The notes under the pieces were generated by a model. The model did no database searches. It had not been told where the DNA came from and worked only from the letters and a program-made list of their open reading frames with translations. From positions 384,001-448,000 of the forward strand of contig CAWDRG010000015.1 in assembly GCA_963804645.1 (NCBI GenBank): a stretch of DNA of 64,000 bases. The letters are read 5' to 3'. How positions within the stretch are numbered: position 1 is the stretch's first letter; the number at the start of each line of letters is the position of its first letter. The position numbers and the translations under genes were made by a program. Positions 1 to 9,450 of this stretch are shown here, in pieces. This DNA comes from an uncultured Bacillota bacterium (lineage in GTDB: Bacteria; Sysuimicrobiota; Sysuimicrobiia; Sysuimicrobiales; Segetimicrobiaceae).

Positions 1-2
1 AC

Positions 3-533
3 CGCGTCGGCAGTGCCCTCGCGCGGATCCGCCAGACCCTTCCCGTGCCGGTGCTGGGCCTGCATACTGACAACGGCAGTGAATTCCTCAATGGCGTCCT
101 GGTGCCGTGGTGTCGCGAGAAAGGCGTAGCCTTCACGCGCGGCCGGCCATATCGCAAGAACGATCAAGCGTATGTGGAGGAGCGCAATGGCCATGTGCTC
201 CGCCGTTACATCGGTTATGATCGCTTCTCGACCCAAGCGGCGTTTGCGGCGCTGCAGGCCGTCCATGCGCGGCTTCGGCTCTACGTGAATTTCTTCCAGC
301 CCATGCGCAAGCTCATCTCCAAGGAGCGCGAGGGCGCCCGGGTGACGAAGCGCTACGACCTCGCCCAAACGCTCTACCGCCGACTCCTGGCTACCGGCAT
401 CCTCTCGCCTGACCGCACGGCCGAGCTCACCGCTCAATATCGCGGCCTCAACCCTCGGACATTACGGCGCGAACTGCAAACCTGCCTGGAAACGCTCTGG
501 AGCTTCGCCGACGAAAGGAGGCGCACGGCATGA
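3..533 (+). CDS. Integrase-core (rve) DDE transposase, ISNCY/IS481-like; 5'-partial at window edge
   Basis: The frame is open from position 3. Motifs LHTDNGSEF, FTRGRPYRKNDQAYVEERN and YVNFFQP...KRYD are typical of this transposase group. Confidence 0.85.
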   Translation, partial: RVGSALARIRQTLPVPVLGLHTDNGSEFLNGVLVPWCREKGVAFTRGRPYRKNDQAYVEERNGHVLRRYIGYDRFSTQAAFAALQAVHARLRLYVNFFQPMRKLISKEREGARVTKRYDLAQTLYRRLLATGILSPDRTAELTAQYRGLNPRTLRRELQTCLETLWSFADERRRTA

Positions 534-1158
534 GTCTCGTCAGGAGCCGACACCGACGCGCGCGGCCGCCGCGGCCGACGGCAAGACAAAGACAAGGACG
601 TTACAGACAGCCTCTGGGTGACACCCATTATGAGGGTGCGTCCAGACTAACGCGGACGCGTTCAGCGGGAGACAGCCCCGCCGAGGGAAGAGCCAGACCC
701 CTTGTAGCTCGGGCAGCGGGAAGGAGGGAAACCAACTTACCTAAAGCCTGCCGACAAAGCCCCTCGTGGAAGGGCGAGCGAGTCACCAGGCCGTAGCGTA
801 AGCGAACGCGAGGTGGCCTCGAGAATCCGAATCCGGAGCGCCGAGCCTTCCCTCAAAGGGCGAAGGCAACATGAGGACGGCATATCTGGCAGAGAGGCCG
901 TCTTCAGTCCGGCGGGGTGGTTAGCGACGGCATGGTGACAAGGACGCGTACAGCAACTGGAGAGATCCTCCCCACCCCGATGTGAAAGCATCGGAAGCTG
1001 GGTAGGCGCGATAACCGGGCAACACCCGGGAAACGCGCCGACGGTGGGAGGAAGTCGGAGGGGCTCGTACGAGCGATGAACGCGGGTAATGCCGCGGGAG
1101 CAAAGGAGCCCTGCTGTCCACAGGCCCGAGTTCGAGGGGAGGCACGGACGGCCTGACA

Positions 1159-4100
1159 ATGGCGTCCATCACGGTGCAGGACCTGAGACGAAGGCTGTAC
1201 GCCAAGGCGAAGGCTGACAGGGCTTGGCGCTTCTGGGGCCTCTACGTCCACGTTTGCAAGCTGGAGACACTCCAGGCGGCTTACATGGCGGCCAAGGCGA
1301 ATGATGGCGCGCCGGGTATCGACGGCGTCACATTCGAGGCGATCGAGACCGCCGGCGTGGAAGCGTTTCTGGCACGTTTACGGGACGAATTGGTCGGAGG
1401 AAGCTATCGCCCATTGGCAACACGGAGGCATCCGATTCCCAAGCGGGGCGGCGGAGAGCGAGTGCTCCAAATTCCCGCGATTCGGGATCGGGTGGTGCAG
1501 GGGGCGCTGAAACTCATTCTCGAGCCGATCTTCGAGGCAGACTTTCAGCCCGGTTCGTACGGATATCGCCCCAAACGCTCGGCGCATCAAGCCGTGGCCC
1601 ACGTTGCAGAGGCGATCCTACTTCGCCATACGCGGGTGATCGATCTCGACCTGCACGCGTATTTTGACCATGTCCAGCACCACATACTGCTGGCACAGGT
1701 CGCGAAACGGGTCAGTGATCCCGCGATCCTGCATTTGCTGAAGCAGATTCTTCAGGCCACGGGCCGTCAAGGGCTTCCACAAGGTGGCCCTCTCTCACCC
1801 TTGCTCTCCAATATCTATCTGACTCCAGTCGATGAGATGTTGGAGAAGGCGCGGCAAACTACACGGCGGGGAACGGTCCCGAACGTGACGTACGCGCGGT
1901 GGGCTGACGATCTGGTGGTCCTGGTGGATGCGCACCAACAGCACGATTGGCTACTACGGGCGATCAACCGGCGGATTCGGGAGGAAATCGCGAAGCTCGG
2001 TATCCAGGTCAATGAGCAGAAGAGCCGCGTGGTGGATCTTGAGCGGGGGGAAACGTTTACATTTCTCGGGTTCGACTTTCGCCGGGTGCGGAGTCATCGG
2101 GGTGTGTGGCGGCCACATCAAGTGCCCACGCGCCACAAGTGCACGGAACTCCGGCAAAGACTCCGAGAGGTCTTCCGGCAACACCGCTCCCAGCCGGTGC
2201 AGCGAGTCATCGCCGAGGTCAATCCCATCCTCGCGGGATGGCTCAATTATTGCGTGTCCAGAGGGCACGCGCGACGGAAGGAGGTGGTGTCGGGAGGTAT
2301 GAGCGCGTAGCCCGTAAGCTCGTCACCGCCAGCGGGTGAAAGTCCCGTCCAGGTAATCGCCAGGGAGCCTGGTAGCAGGCTGGCGGCGTCAGGGGGAAAC
2401 GCTTGACGCCGAAGCCCAGCGTCGGAAGCCTCACGGAGGTAGCAACCGAGCGGTCCGCAGCATTACGTGAAGTCTGCCGCGGCGTTAGACCAGCCCGAAA
2501 GGGACCAAGGGGGAGCCGAGCCCGGAATACCAGGGCGAAGGCCACGGAAGGCGTGGAGAGCCTGGAAATGCAGCGCCGAAGAACCCCCCGCCGTAAGGGG
2601 CGCGGAACGTTCGGATGGTGGTGACGGGAACTGGAGAGGCCCTCCCCGGCCCCGGGTCTGCGATCCGGGAGCAGCCAGTGCGTATAACCGCCAAACGGGA
2701 AGTCGCACTGAGCCGGGAGGGCGTCGGATGGGGCCATATTAGCGACGACCGGCGGGACAACATAACCCGCCCGAGCGAAGGGCCCCTGCTTCGTCCACGT
2801 TTGTGGGAGAGGGAGGAACTGGTGCATGGCCGTGAGGCCCAACAACACCCTCGATAAAGTTCGAGCCCTTCAACACAAACTGTACCGGACGGCCAAGCAG
2901 TCGCCGAATCGACGTTTCCACGCGCTGTATGACCGGGTCCATCGCAGGGACGTTCTCCGGCGCGCGTGGTTGGAGGTGCGCGCCAACCAGGGAGCACCGG
3001 GAATCGACGCCATCACCATCGCGGATATCGAGGCGGCCGGCGTAGAGGAGTTCCTTGACGATCTAGAGGCCAGCCTGCACGACGGGACGTACCGTCCGCA
3101 GCCGCTGCGGCGCGTCTGGATTCCCAAACCAGGCAAGCCGGACAAGCTGCGTCCACTTGGGATCGCGAACGTGCGGGACCGGGTGGTCCAGCAAGCGCTG
3201 AAGATCGTCATCGAGCCGATCTTCGAGGCGGACTTTCTGCCCTGCTCGTACGGGTTTCGGCCCCGGCGAGACGCCCATCAAGCACTGCAAGCAATGCGGG
3301 AGGCGATTCGGGCAGGAAGGACATGGGTGGTGGATGCCGACATCGAGAGTTGCTTTGACCGATTGTCGCATGGCCGCATCCTGGAGTGTCTCCGGGAGCG
3401 GATCAGCGACCGGAAGGTCTTGGAACTCATTCGGGGCATCCTGTCTGCCGGGATACTCGACAGCGGTACGCTGACGAACCCGACGGAGGGCTCTCCACAA
3501 GGTGGGCCGCTCTCGCCAGTCCTGGCTAATGTGGTCCTGCATCATTTAGACCGAGCCTGGATGACGGAGCACCAGCCGCTAGGAGTGCTCGTTCGCTACT
3601 GTGACGATCTTTGCATCTGCTGCTCAACTCGGGAAAAGGCTGAAGCCGCGAAAGCGGTTTTGGCAACCACCCTGGAAGAGTTGGGGCTGACATTGTCCGG
3701 CCCCAAGACGCAGATCGTTGGAGTCGCAAGCGGGAGTGCGGGATACGACTTTCTGGGGTTCCATCATCAGATGGTGCCCTCGCGGCGCAGACCGAGCTTT
3801 CGCTATCCGGCGTGCTGGCCGAGTGCCAAAGCCGTGCTCCGGTGCCGTTCTCGGATTCGGGAACTCACCGGGCGCAATCGTCGCCACGTCCCCACGCACA
3901 CGGTTGTGGGCGACCTCAATCGTTTTCTCGGGGGATGGCGCGAGTACTATCGGTATGGCAACTCGACTCGTTGCTTCGCCAAGTTGGACCGGTATACGGT
4001 CGAACGAATGGCGTTGCTGCTCTCCAAACGACATGGACGGAACGGGCGGGGACGCGGCATGAAGTACATCATCATGTCCGGCAACCGCCTCAGTTTGATC

Positions 4101-4527
4101 CGGTTGGTCGGAAGCGTTCGATTCGAGCGGAGCGAAAACCGTCGGTGAAGGGCGTCGGTGAGCCGGGTGACCGGAAAGGTCATGCCCGGATCGATGAGGA
4201 GGAGTTGGAAACGTGTGTCACCCAGAACGAAGGCTGGAGGCTGCACGCCACCGACGGAGGTGGACAGGCTGCACCCCTAATCGGCAGGGCGGCGCGGCGC
4301 GCCAACTCCTTACTCTACTTCGCATCGGTCACGCCAGTCGGCACTTTACATATCTGCGGTTTTGGGTCGAGAAGAAAGTGCGACGCCACTTGGCGAGGGC
4401 GGCAAAGCGGCCAGGCTTCGGCTGGAAGAGGTGGAGTAGGGAGTGGATCTATGGCACGCTCGGACTGTACGAGGATTACGGTGTCCGATATGTGCACAGG
4501 CTCCCGAAAGCGCTCTCAGCGCGATAG
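1159..4527 (+). CDS. ltrA: Group II intron reverse transcriptase/maturase of the outer intron, split by the inner intron (segments 1159-2251 and 4319-4527)
   Basis: RT motifs GAPGIDG, PAIRDRVVQ, GYRPKRS, PQGGPLSPLL and YARWADD. Removing 2252-4318 gives ...GWLNY-F-RIGHASRHF...KRWSREWIYGTLGL, a continuous domain X. Confidence 0.88.
2252..4318 (+). mobile_element. Group II intron (inner intron of the twintron)
   Basis: Starts GCGTGTCCAGA (the outer intron starts GTGCGTCCAGA). Domain V AGCCGGGTGACCGGAAAGGTCATGCCCGGAT starts at 4161. Ends ...CCTTACTCTAC at 4318. Candidate EBS1 AATA (2526-2529) pairs with the exon end TATT (2248-2251). Confidence 0.88.
2826..4148 (+). CDS. ltrA: Group II intron reverse transcriptase/maturase of the inner intron, no endonuclease domain
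   Basis: 440 aa with RFHALYDRV, GAPGID, RPLGIANVRDRVVQ, SYGFRP, PQGGPLSP, RYCDD and domain X GWREYYRYGN. No C-terminal HNH motif. Confidence 0.93.
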   Translation: MAVRPNNTLDKVRALQHKLYRTAKQSPNRRFHALYDRVHRRDVLRRAWLEVRANQGAPGIDAITIADIEAAGVEEFLDDLEASLHDGTYRPQPLRRVWIPKPGKPDKLRPLGIANVRDRVVQQALKIVIEPIFEADFLPCSYGFRPRRDAHQALQAMREAIRAGRTWVVDADIESCFDRLSHGRILECLRERISDRKVLELIRGILSAGILDSGTLTNPTEGSPQGGPLSPVLANVVLHHLDRAWMTEHQPLGVLVRYCDDLCICCSTREKAEAAKAVLATTLEELGLTLSGPKTQIVGVASGSAGYDFLGFHHQMVPSRRRPSFRYPACWPSAKAVLRCRSRIRELTGRNRRHVPTHTVVGDLNRFLGGWREYYRYGNSTRCFAKLDRYTVERMALLLSKRHGRNGRGRGMKYIIMSGNRLSLIRLVGSVRFERSENRR

Positions 4528-5042
4528 GTCCCATAACCCTTGGTGCGAAGTGGACAGGGGAGCCGGATGCGGGAGATCTGCATGTCCGGTTCGATGAGGC
4601 GGGGGGTGGAAACGGAGTCGCAAGGCCACCGCGCCACTCCTCGACCCACCCATCACCCCCTACTTCGGTGTCGAGGACTTTTGAGTCAACACGGTAAAGG
4701 CGTACCCATCACCCTTGCGCCGGTCGTGACGCTCAACAAAATCGCGCCGCCGAACAGCGCTCAAATCCTGGTCAAACTGGTTTCATACCTCGTAAAAGGG
4801 CGTTCAAGTCCCGCCACTCGAGTGGGTCCAAGAGCGCATCGCCCAACTGCAAGAGATCCTGCAGCCTTAATGCCCTAATGCGGTTTTTCCGAGTTACAGC
4901 GCGCGACGTGAAGCAACTGATGGTCGAGCAATGTCCCGGACCGGTCTCCTGCATCCATGAAGCGGACAACGATGCCTTGTCCCGTTTGTGCGGTGCGCGG
5001 CGCGGGGTACCATCGGGTTCGCTGCCCAGCGAAGGCATTCAT

Positions 5043-6263
5043 TTAGAAATAGACGACCTCGAGCTTTGGAGTCTCGTATTGTGTCATGCAGGCGGCCAGG
5101 CCCGAGGAGGGCAGGACCCCCGGCATGGTCGTCGGGTCTAGGTTCCCCCTGAGGATGAACCCATTGTCGCCGCCATCGCGGTCGTTGGCCCACGTCTGTA
5201 CGATGGAGGTGACGTCAGCCTGGACCGACGCCGTAGGGCCGAACGCGAAGGAGGCCTTCTGAGAGCCGTAGCCCCACAGATGTAGGTCTGCTGCGGTCCA
5301 CCAGGGGGCCGCAGCGGGATCGGCGTCCTTGACGCACAAGGAATCGCTGGTGCGCGTCGAGAGGCCGCTGATGCGCGCTAACTTGCCGGCCTTGAGTACC
5401 GTCGACGGACCGATGCCCATCGTCAACGTCGCCGAGAACACTCTATGTTCGGAAAGCCCCTTGAGTGGAAATGCGACGCCGATGGAGGCGTAGGCCGAGG
5501 CGTAGTTCTTCGTCGTGTGGTACGAGCCCAGCGAGCCACACTGGAGAAACGAAAATGCCTGCGTGCTCGAGTTGATCACGAAGGGGCTACCGAGTGCTCC
5601 CACTTCGCGCACCGAGCTTTGGACGGTTTGTGTCCACGGGAGGGCAGTGTTGCCCGTATCTATGCCGGCGCTGAGCCATGAAAAGTTCGACGCAAACAGG
5701 GGGCCGAACAGGTTTGTCAGGCCGGAGAGGATCTTGCTGCCCTGGATATTCAGGCCGCAGGCGTCGTCCCCCCGTTCCAGCCCCAGGCGCGTCGTCGACA
5801 GAGAGGACAACTGACTCGGCGTGAACGTCTTGACGGTCGGCGTGGAGTCGGGGCCCGCGCACCATCGGCCGCTGGGACGGGACGCGAGCGTACCAAGAGT
5901 CGCCGCAACCTCATAGCAGTGCGCTGCAAACGGTCGTTGTGACTTAGGCAGCGCCGCCCACGTGGTATAGACGGCGATGACGAGATCGTGCCGGCCACCG
6001 TCGACCCGATAGACTTTATACGTGCTGGGCACCGAGATGTCGCCCTTCCAAGCCAGCATAATCCCCCCGCCGCTGATCACACCGTCGCAGAAGCTCGGCG
6101 GAGGGACGGTACCGCACTCCTTCTTGCTCATGATTTCGTGCAAGTCGCTCGGCGCCGGAGGCGCGGTCGCAGCCGAGGCCGAGTGCGGCATGGCGGCGAC
6201 GCCAATGACGCCCACGACCACGGCGACCGCCACTCCGTAAATGTGCCCTCGAGAAGTTTTCAT
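5043..6263 (-). CDS. Secreted protein with an FN3-like N-terminal region and a DNRLRE-like C-terminal module
   Basis: Signal peptide ending in ASA/A. APPAPSDL...LAWK...YKVYR...CYEVAA pattern. C-terminal DVTSIVQTW...NGFIL...PKLEVVY. Confidence 0.6.
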   Translation of the reverse strand: MKTSRGHIYGVAVAVVVGVIGVAAMPHSASAATAPPAPSDLHEIMSKKECGTVPPPSFCDGVISGGGIMLAWKGDISVPSTYKVYRVDGGRHDLVIAVYTTWAALPKSQRPFAAHCYEVAATLGTLASRPSGRWCAGPDSTPTVKTFTPSQLSSLSTTRLGLERGDDACGLNIQGSKILSGLTNLFGPLFASNFSWLSAGIDTGNTALPWTQTVQSSVREVGALGSPFVINSSTQAFSFLQCGSLGSYHTTKNYASAYASIGVAFPLKGLSEHRVFSATLTMGIGPSTVLKAGKLARISGLSTRTSDSLCVKDADPAAAPWWTAADLHLWGYGSQKASFAFGPTASVQADVTSIVQTWANDRDGGDNGFILRGNLDPTTMPGVLPSSGLAACMTQYETPKLEVVYF

Positions 6264-6340
6264 CGACGCCTCCCCGATTTCCCAATGATCTGCGAATCTG
6301 CGCGAACAGCAGGAACGCTGCTGTTAAACAATGACCCTAA

Positions 6341-7074
6341 CCGGAATTTCCATGATCTGTGTCTGGACACCCTTTGTTGAAGAAGTCCATCTGACTTTTC
6401 GGGGACGCGTGTGACCGACGGCCCCATGAAAGGGGGTTCGGGCCCGTCCGAACCCTCCCGGGCATGGTCGCGCTGGCAAGGGCTTCATAGAGCTCCGGCT
6501 TGGCAAAGCCGGCATCGGCCCGGACGACTGCATCCTTGCCCTGCCGCCGTGGCGGGGCGTCCGCGGGGTCCACCTTCGCGATCAACTCCCGATTGATCGC
6601 GGCCAGCCCGGCGAGATTCTCATCTTGGGTCAGCAGCACGTCAGGGCGGCCAGCGCTCCCAGAGCTGCTCCGAGCCAATCAGCCGGAAGGTCGGATCCTG
6701 GGAGAGACGTTCAGCATCATTCACGTCCTCGTACCCTGCTAATCGACGGTCGACGGATTGCCGGACCAGGTCGGCGAGCGAGAACTGGGTGTTCGGGCCC
6801 CGCGGATCGGTCAAATGGCGTACGATGAGGGCACTGAAGCCCAACCGCTCGTCCAGGTCGCGCACGAGGATCAGGTCCCCATCGGAGGTGACCCGGGGTC
6901 CCTGGAACTCGACCTTCAACATGGGGTTGAACGAGAGCTGGAAGGGCTGGCTTTGGGCTTTACCCATCGGGTACGCACCCCCCCAGCATCTTCAGTGCGC
7001 GCAAACCCGCATCCGAAAAAGGCATTCGACGCGACCCCGAGGTTCTCCGTGCGCAGTCAAATCAGAAATCTAGG
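6341..7074 (-). mobile_element. IS1380-family element, internally deleted, with a frameshifted transposase remnant (6967 to ~6480)
   Basis: Transposase N-terminus VTSDG.LIL...RQ...AGYED.ND..L..DP plus an isolated VVRADAGF fragment. Imperfect inverted ends CCGGAATTTC / CCTAGATTTC. CTAA flanks both sides (6337-6340 and 7075-7078). Confidence 0.8.
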
Positions 7075-7093
7075 CTAAGTAACGGCGCGGTTC

Positions 7094-7634
7094 ATGCACA
7101 AGGACCGCAAGGCACGCACGATCAAGGGCACCGGAGGTATGGGTAAGGTCGCTGTCATGGGTCTGCTGGAGCGCCACGGCGCAGATGGGCACAGCACCGT
7201 GCGCGTCAACGTCGTCCGCAACGTACGGCGCAAGAGTCTTACGCCCGAGGTTCACCAGCACGTCGAGGAGGGATCGGAAGTCTTCACCGACTCCCTATTG
7301 TCCTACCGGACACTAGGCGAGAAGTACGTCCATCAGGTCATCGACCATGCGGAGTCCTACGCGGAGGGTAAAGTCCACACGAACGGCATGGAGAACTTCT
7401 GGTCCCTCCTGAAGCGAGGGATCAAGGGGACGTATGTAAGCGTGGAACCGTTCCATCTGTTCCGCTATCTCGATGAGCAGGCGTTCCGGTTCAACAACCG
7501 CAAGGGCAAGGATGCCGACCGTTTCCTGAAGCGTGCTGCGCGCCACCACAGGACGGCGGTTGACGTACCGTGGATTGACCGGGAAGGATATGCCGATGGA
7601 AGAACCTTCCCCGTCCTCGCCAGCGGCGGGGTAG
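7094..7634 (+). pseudogene. IS1595-family (ISXO2-like domain) transposase, N-terminally truncated, +1 frameshift near 7530
   Basis: Motifs KVAVMGLLER, VFTD, HQVIDHAESY, VHTNGMENFWSLLKRGIKGTY and LFRYLDEQAFRFN. The shifted frame continues GRRLTYRGLTG to TAG at 7632-7634. Confidence 0.85.
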
Positions 7635-7652
7635 ACGTGGTAAACTGAAGGC

Positions 7653-7796
7653 GTGAGGAAATCTGCCGACCGCGACACTGATGATTCCATCGAACGTCTG
7701 CGCGTATTTACGCGCAGGATTCTTGCGGTGCCGAAGAAGGAGTTAGACGCAAAGCGGGCAGAATATAGCCGGAGCAAGCGCAAAGCAAAGAAGTGA
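7653..7796 (+). CDS. Small basic protein (47 aa) directly downstream of the IS1595 transposase
   Basis: GTG...TGA ORF read by hand: MRKSADRDTDDSIERLRVFTRRILAVPKKELDAKRAEYSRSKRKAKK. Below the ORF-track cutoff. Confidence 0.5.
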   Translation: MRKSADRDTDDSIERLRVFTRRILAVPKKELDAKRAEYSRSKRKAKK

Positions 7797-7935
7797 TCGA
7801 AGGATAGGTTGACTAGGACCCAGGTAACTGGGTATACTGACAGTGCGGAACTCAGGGCGCCAGCCGAGGGTTCGGGTTAACGCTCGATCTCCTACGACAG
7901 CTGGTTCACCTGGGTTTCTGCTTTTCTTTGACTCC

Positions 7936-8713
7936 CTATTTCTCCGGTCTCCAAAACCACTCACTAAACTTTGGGAAATGCTTTGTTAGTGTGTTCTTAT
8001 GGTATCCTCGCCAGAAACTAGGTGCGCTATCTCGGACACCGAACTCGCGGAGACCATCGTAAAGGTGACTGGCTGTTTGGTCTCTTAGCAGGCTGCGCTT
8101 CGTCTGTGGACCAGCCGGCACGAGAGTATGATAAACACACCCGGTGAGAAGATCGGCCAACTGAAGACATTGGTTCGCGTCTCTCCATGAATCCGTGACT
8201 TGAAACTCCGAGATCCAGGGCGTAGTGCCTTGGTAATTCCGAGTGAATCGATCTTTCAAGTGCTCGAGAAGATCGTAACCGTGCAGTACGTGGAGCGCAT
8301 CAAGATAGAGTGTGGCATCTCGAAGGTATGGTGTTTCCTGATGGATGATCATCTCGGTCCATTTTTTGTAAGCGCGTCTCTTCTTAAGGGCATCGTGCTC
8401 AAATGGACCGCCAAAAAACTGCCCCTGCCAGATCGACCAATCTATCACGATGCTGCGAAAATAGCAGCCATGCGTGAAAAACGCCTTGATCCAAGCTAAT
8501 GCCACGTTGCGGTCACGGTGTGATTTAAAATCGGCCAAATGAGTTTCCTTGTACCTCGCGTTACGCTGAGGAGACGCGTTGAAAGTACTCCTGGGATTCC
8601 TTTGTGCCGCACAGCTCGGAATGAAACATCCCGTGGTCCGGCACAAAGAGTATGCCAATCACAAGCCACGGACTACTGCCATGAGTCCCAGACTCGTCAA
8701 CGTAGATACGCAC
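7936..8713 (-). CDS. DUF3800 domain protein (frameshift near 8581)
   Basis: N-terminal IYVDESG (ORF 8561-8773) and C-terminal QCLQLADLLTG (ORF 7936-8658) are the family's signature motifs. The two frames join by removing one base. Confidence 0.8.
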
Positions 8714-8769
8714 TCCACCACCCAAGAGGGGGATACTCTCATCGCCAGTTCCGGCGATGCCCGTACTTT

Positions 8770-9243
8770 TCATCTTGTTCGAACGTACTGCTCCGACGCC
8801 TTTAGCAGCGAATCGGTCAGCCGATATTTGATGGCCCTGGCGCCATTCACCTTAATGCGCTCGTGAGAAATCGCGGGGGTGTTGTTCACCCGCTTCGCGT
8901 TCTTCACGAGACTTGTAATGAGCCCAGAAATCGCGCTGTTGCTTTTCGCTTGTGCGCCCATCTCTCTCTGGATATCAACGGTTGTCGTCCACCCAGAACC
9001 GCCGGCAAAGAGTATCTTCAATAACTGCTTTTGTCGTGGCTTCTGGACGTAGGAAAGGAATTTCACGTATTGGTCCGGTGTCCACTGCCCATCGTCCACC
9101 ACAGCCGAATCTGAGGGTGCGGCACGATATTTTTGAGAGATAGCGCCGTTACCATTCTGTCCAAGCGACCGTACGGCGTCCCGTAACTCCTCAATCGTGT
9201 CGCACTCAATCGCTAACCCTGCGATGTTCAACCTATAGGGCAT
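8770..9243 (-). CDS. Hypothetical protein, possible winged-helix C-terminal domain
   Basis: 157-aa ORF with a strong RBS (AGGAGG) upstream. It abuts the DUF3800 gene. Confidence 0.6.
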   Translation of the reverse strand: MPYRLNIAGLAIECDTIEELRDAVRSLGQNGNGAISQKYRAAPSDSAVVDDGQWTPDQYVKFLSYVQKPRQKQLLKILFAGGSGWTTTVDIQREMGAQAKSNSAISGLITSLVKNAKRVNNTPAISHERIKVNGARAIKYRLTDSLLKASEQYVRTR

Positions 9244-9268
9244 TCTTCTCCCCTCCTTTTTGCTCGCC

Positions 9269-9296
9269 TTGACAAGGCAAACAAATGTGCTACTAT
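9269..9296 (+). promoter_or_regulatory. Sigma70-type promoter (plus strand)
   Basis: TTGACA (9269-9274), 16-nt spacer ending in TGC, TACTAT (9291-9296). Confidence 0.55.
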
Positions 9297-9301
9297 GGGC
9301 A

Positions 9302-9436
9302 ATAGCGGGAAAGGGCCACCGGCCCGTGCGCTATGCACTCGGTCCGGCAACGCAACCGACTTCAACAGCCGATGACCCAACCCCGCAGCCCAAGTACTGC
9401 TCTACGAGATGACCTCCCCGCAGGAGGTCATTCTCG
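9302..9436. ncRNA. Candidate structured non-coding RNA or leader
   Basis: Successive hairpins ATAGCG/CGCTAT enclosing GGGCC/GGCCC, TCGGT/ACCGA, GCAG/CTGC and ATGACCTCC/GGAGGTCAT. Bounded by two convergent promoters. Confidence 0.45.
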
Positions 9437-9450
9437 CTTCGTTAGAAGGA

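Larger units (their letters stand above)
636..4650 (+). mobile_element. Group II intron (outer intron of a twintron)
   Basis: 5' GTGCG at 636. RT ORF starts at 1159. Domain V AGCCGGATGCGGGAGATCTGCATGTCCGGTT starts at 4561. Domain VI ends ...CTCCTCGACCCAC(C) at 4649/4650. Candidate EBS1 CCTCA (851-855) pairs with the exon end TGAGG (631-635). Confidence 0.85.

Noticed and set aside
1159..4148. Two adjacent RT genes as a retron, DGR or RT-based defence system
   Set aside because: Both have group II intron flanking RNA (domain V/VI, boundaries), and the first RT resumes after the second intron. No template/variable repeats or msr-msd inverted repeats were seen.
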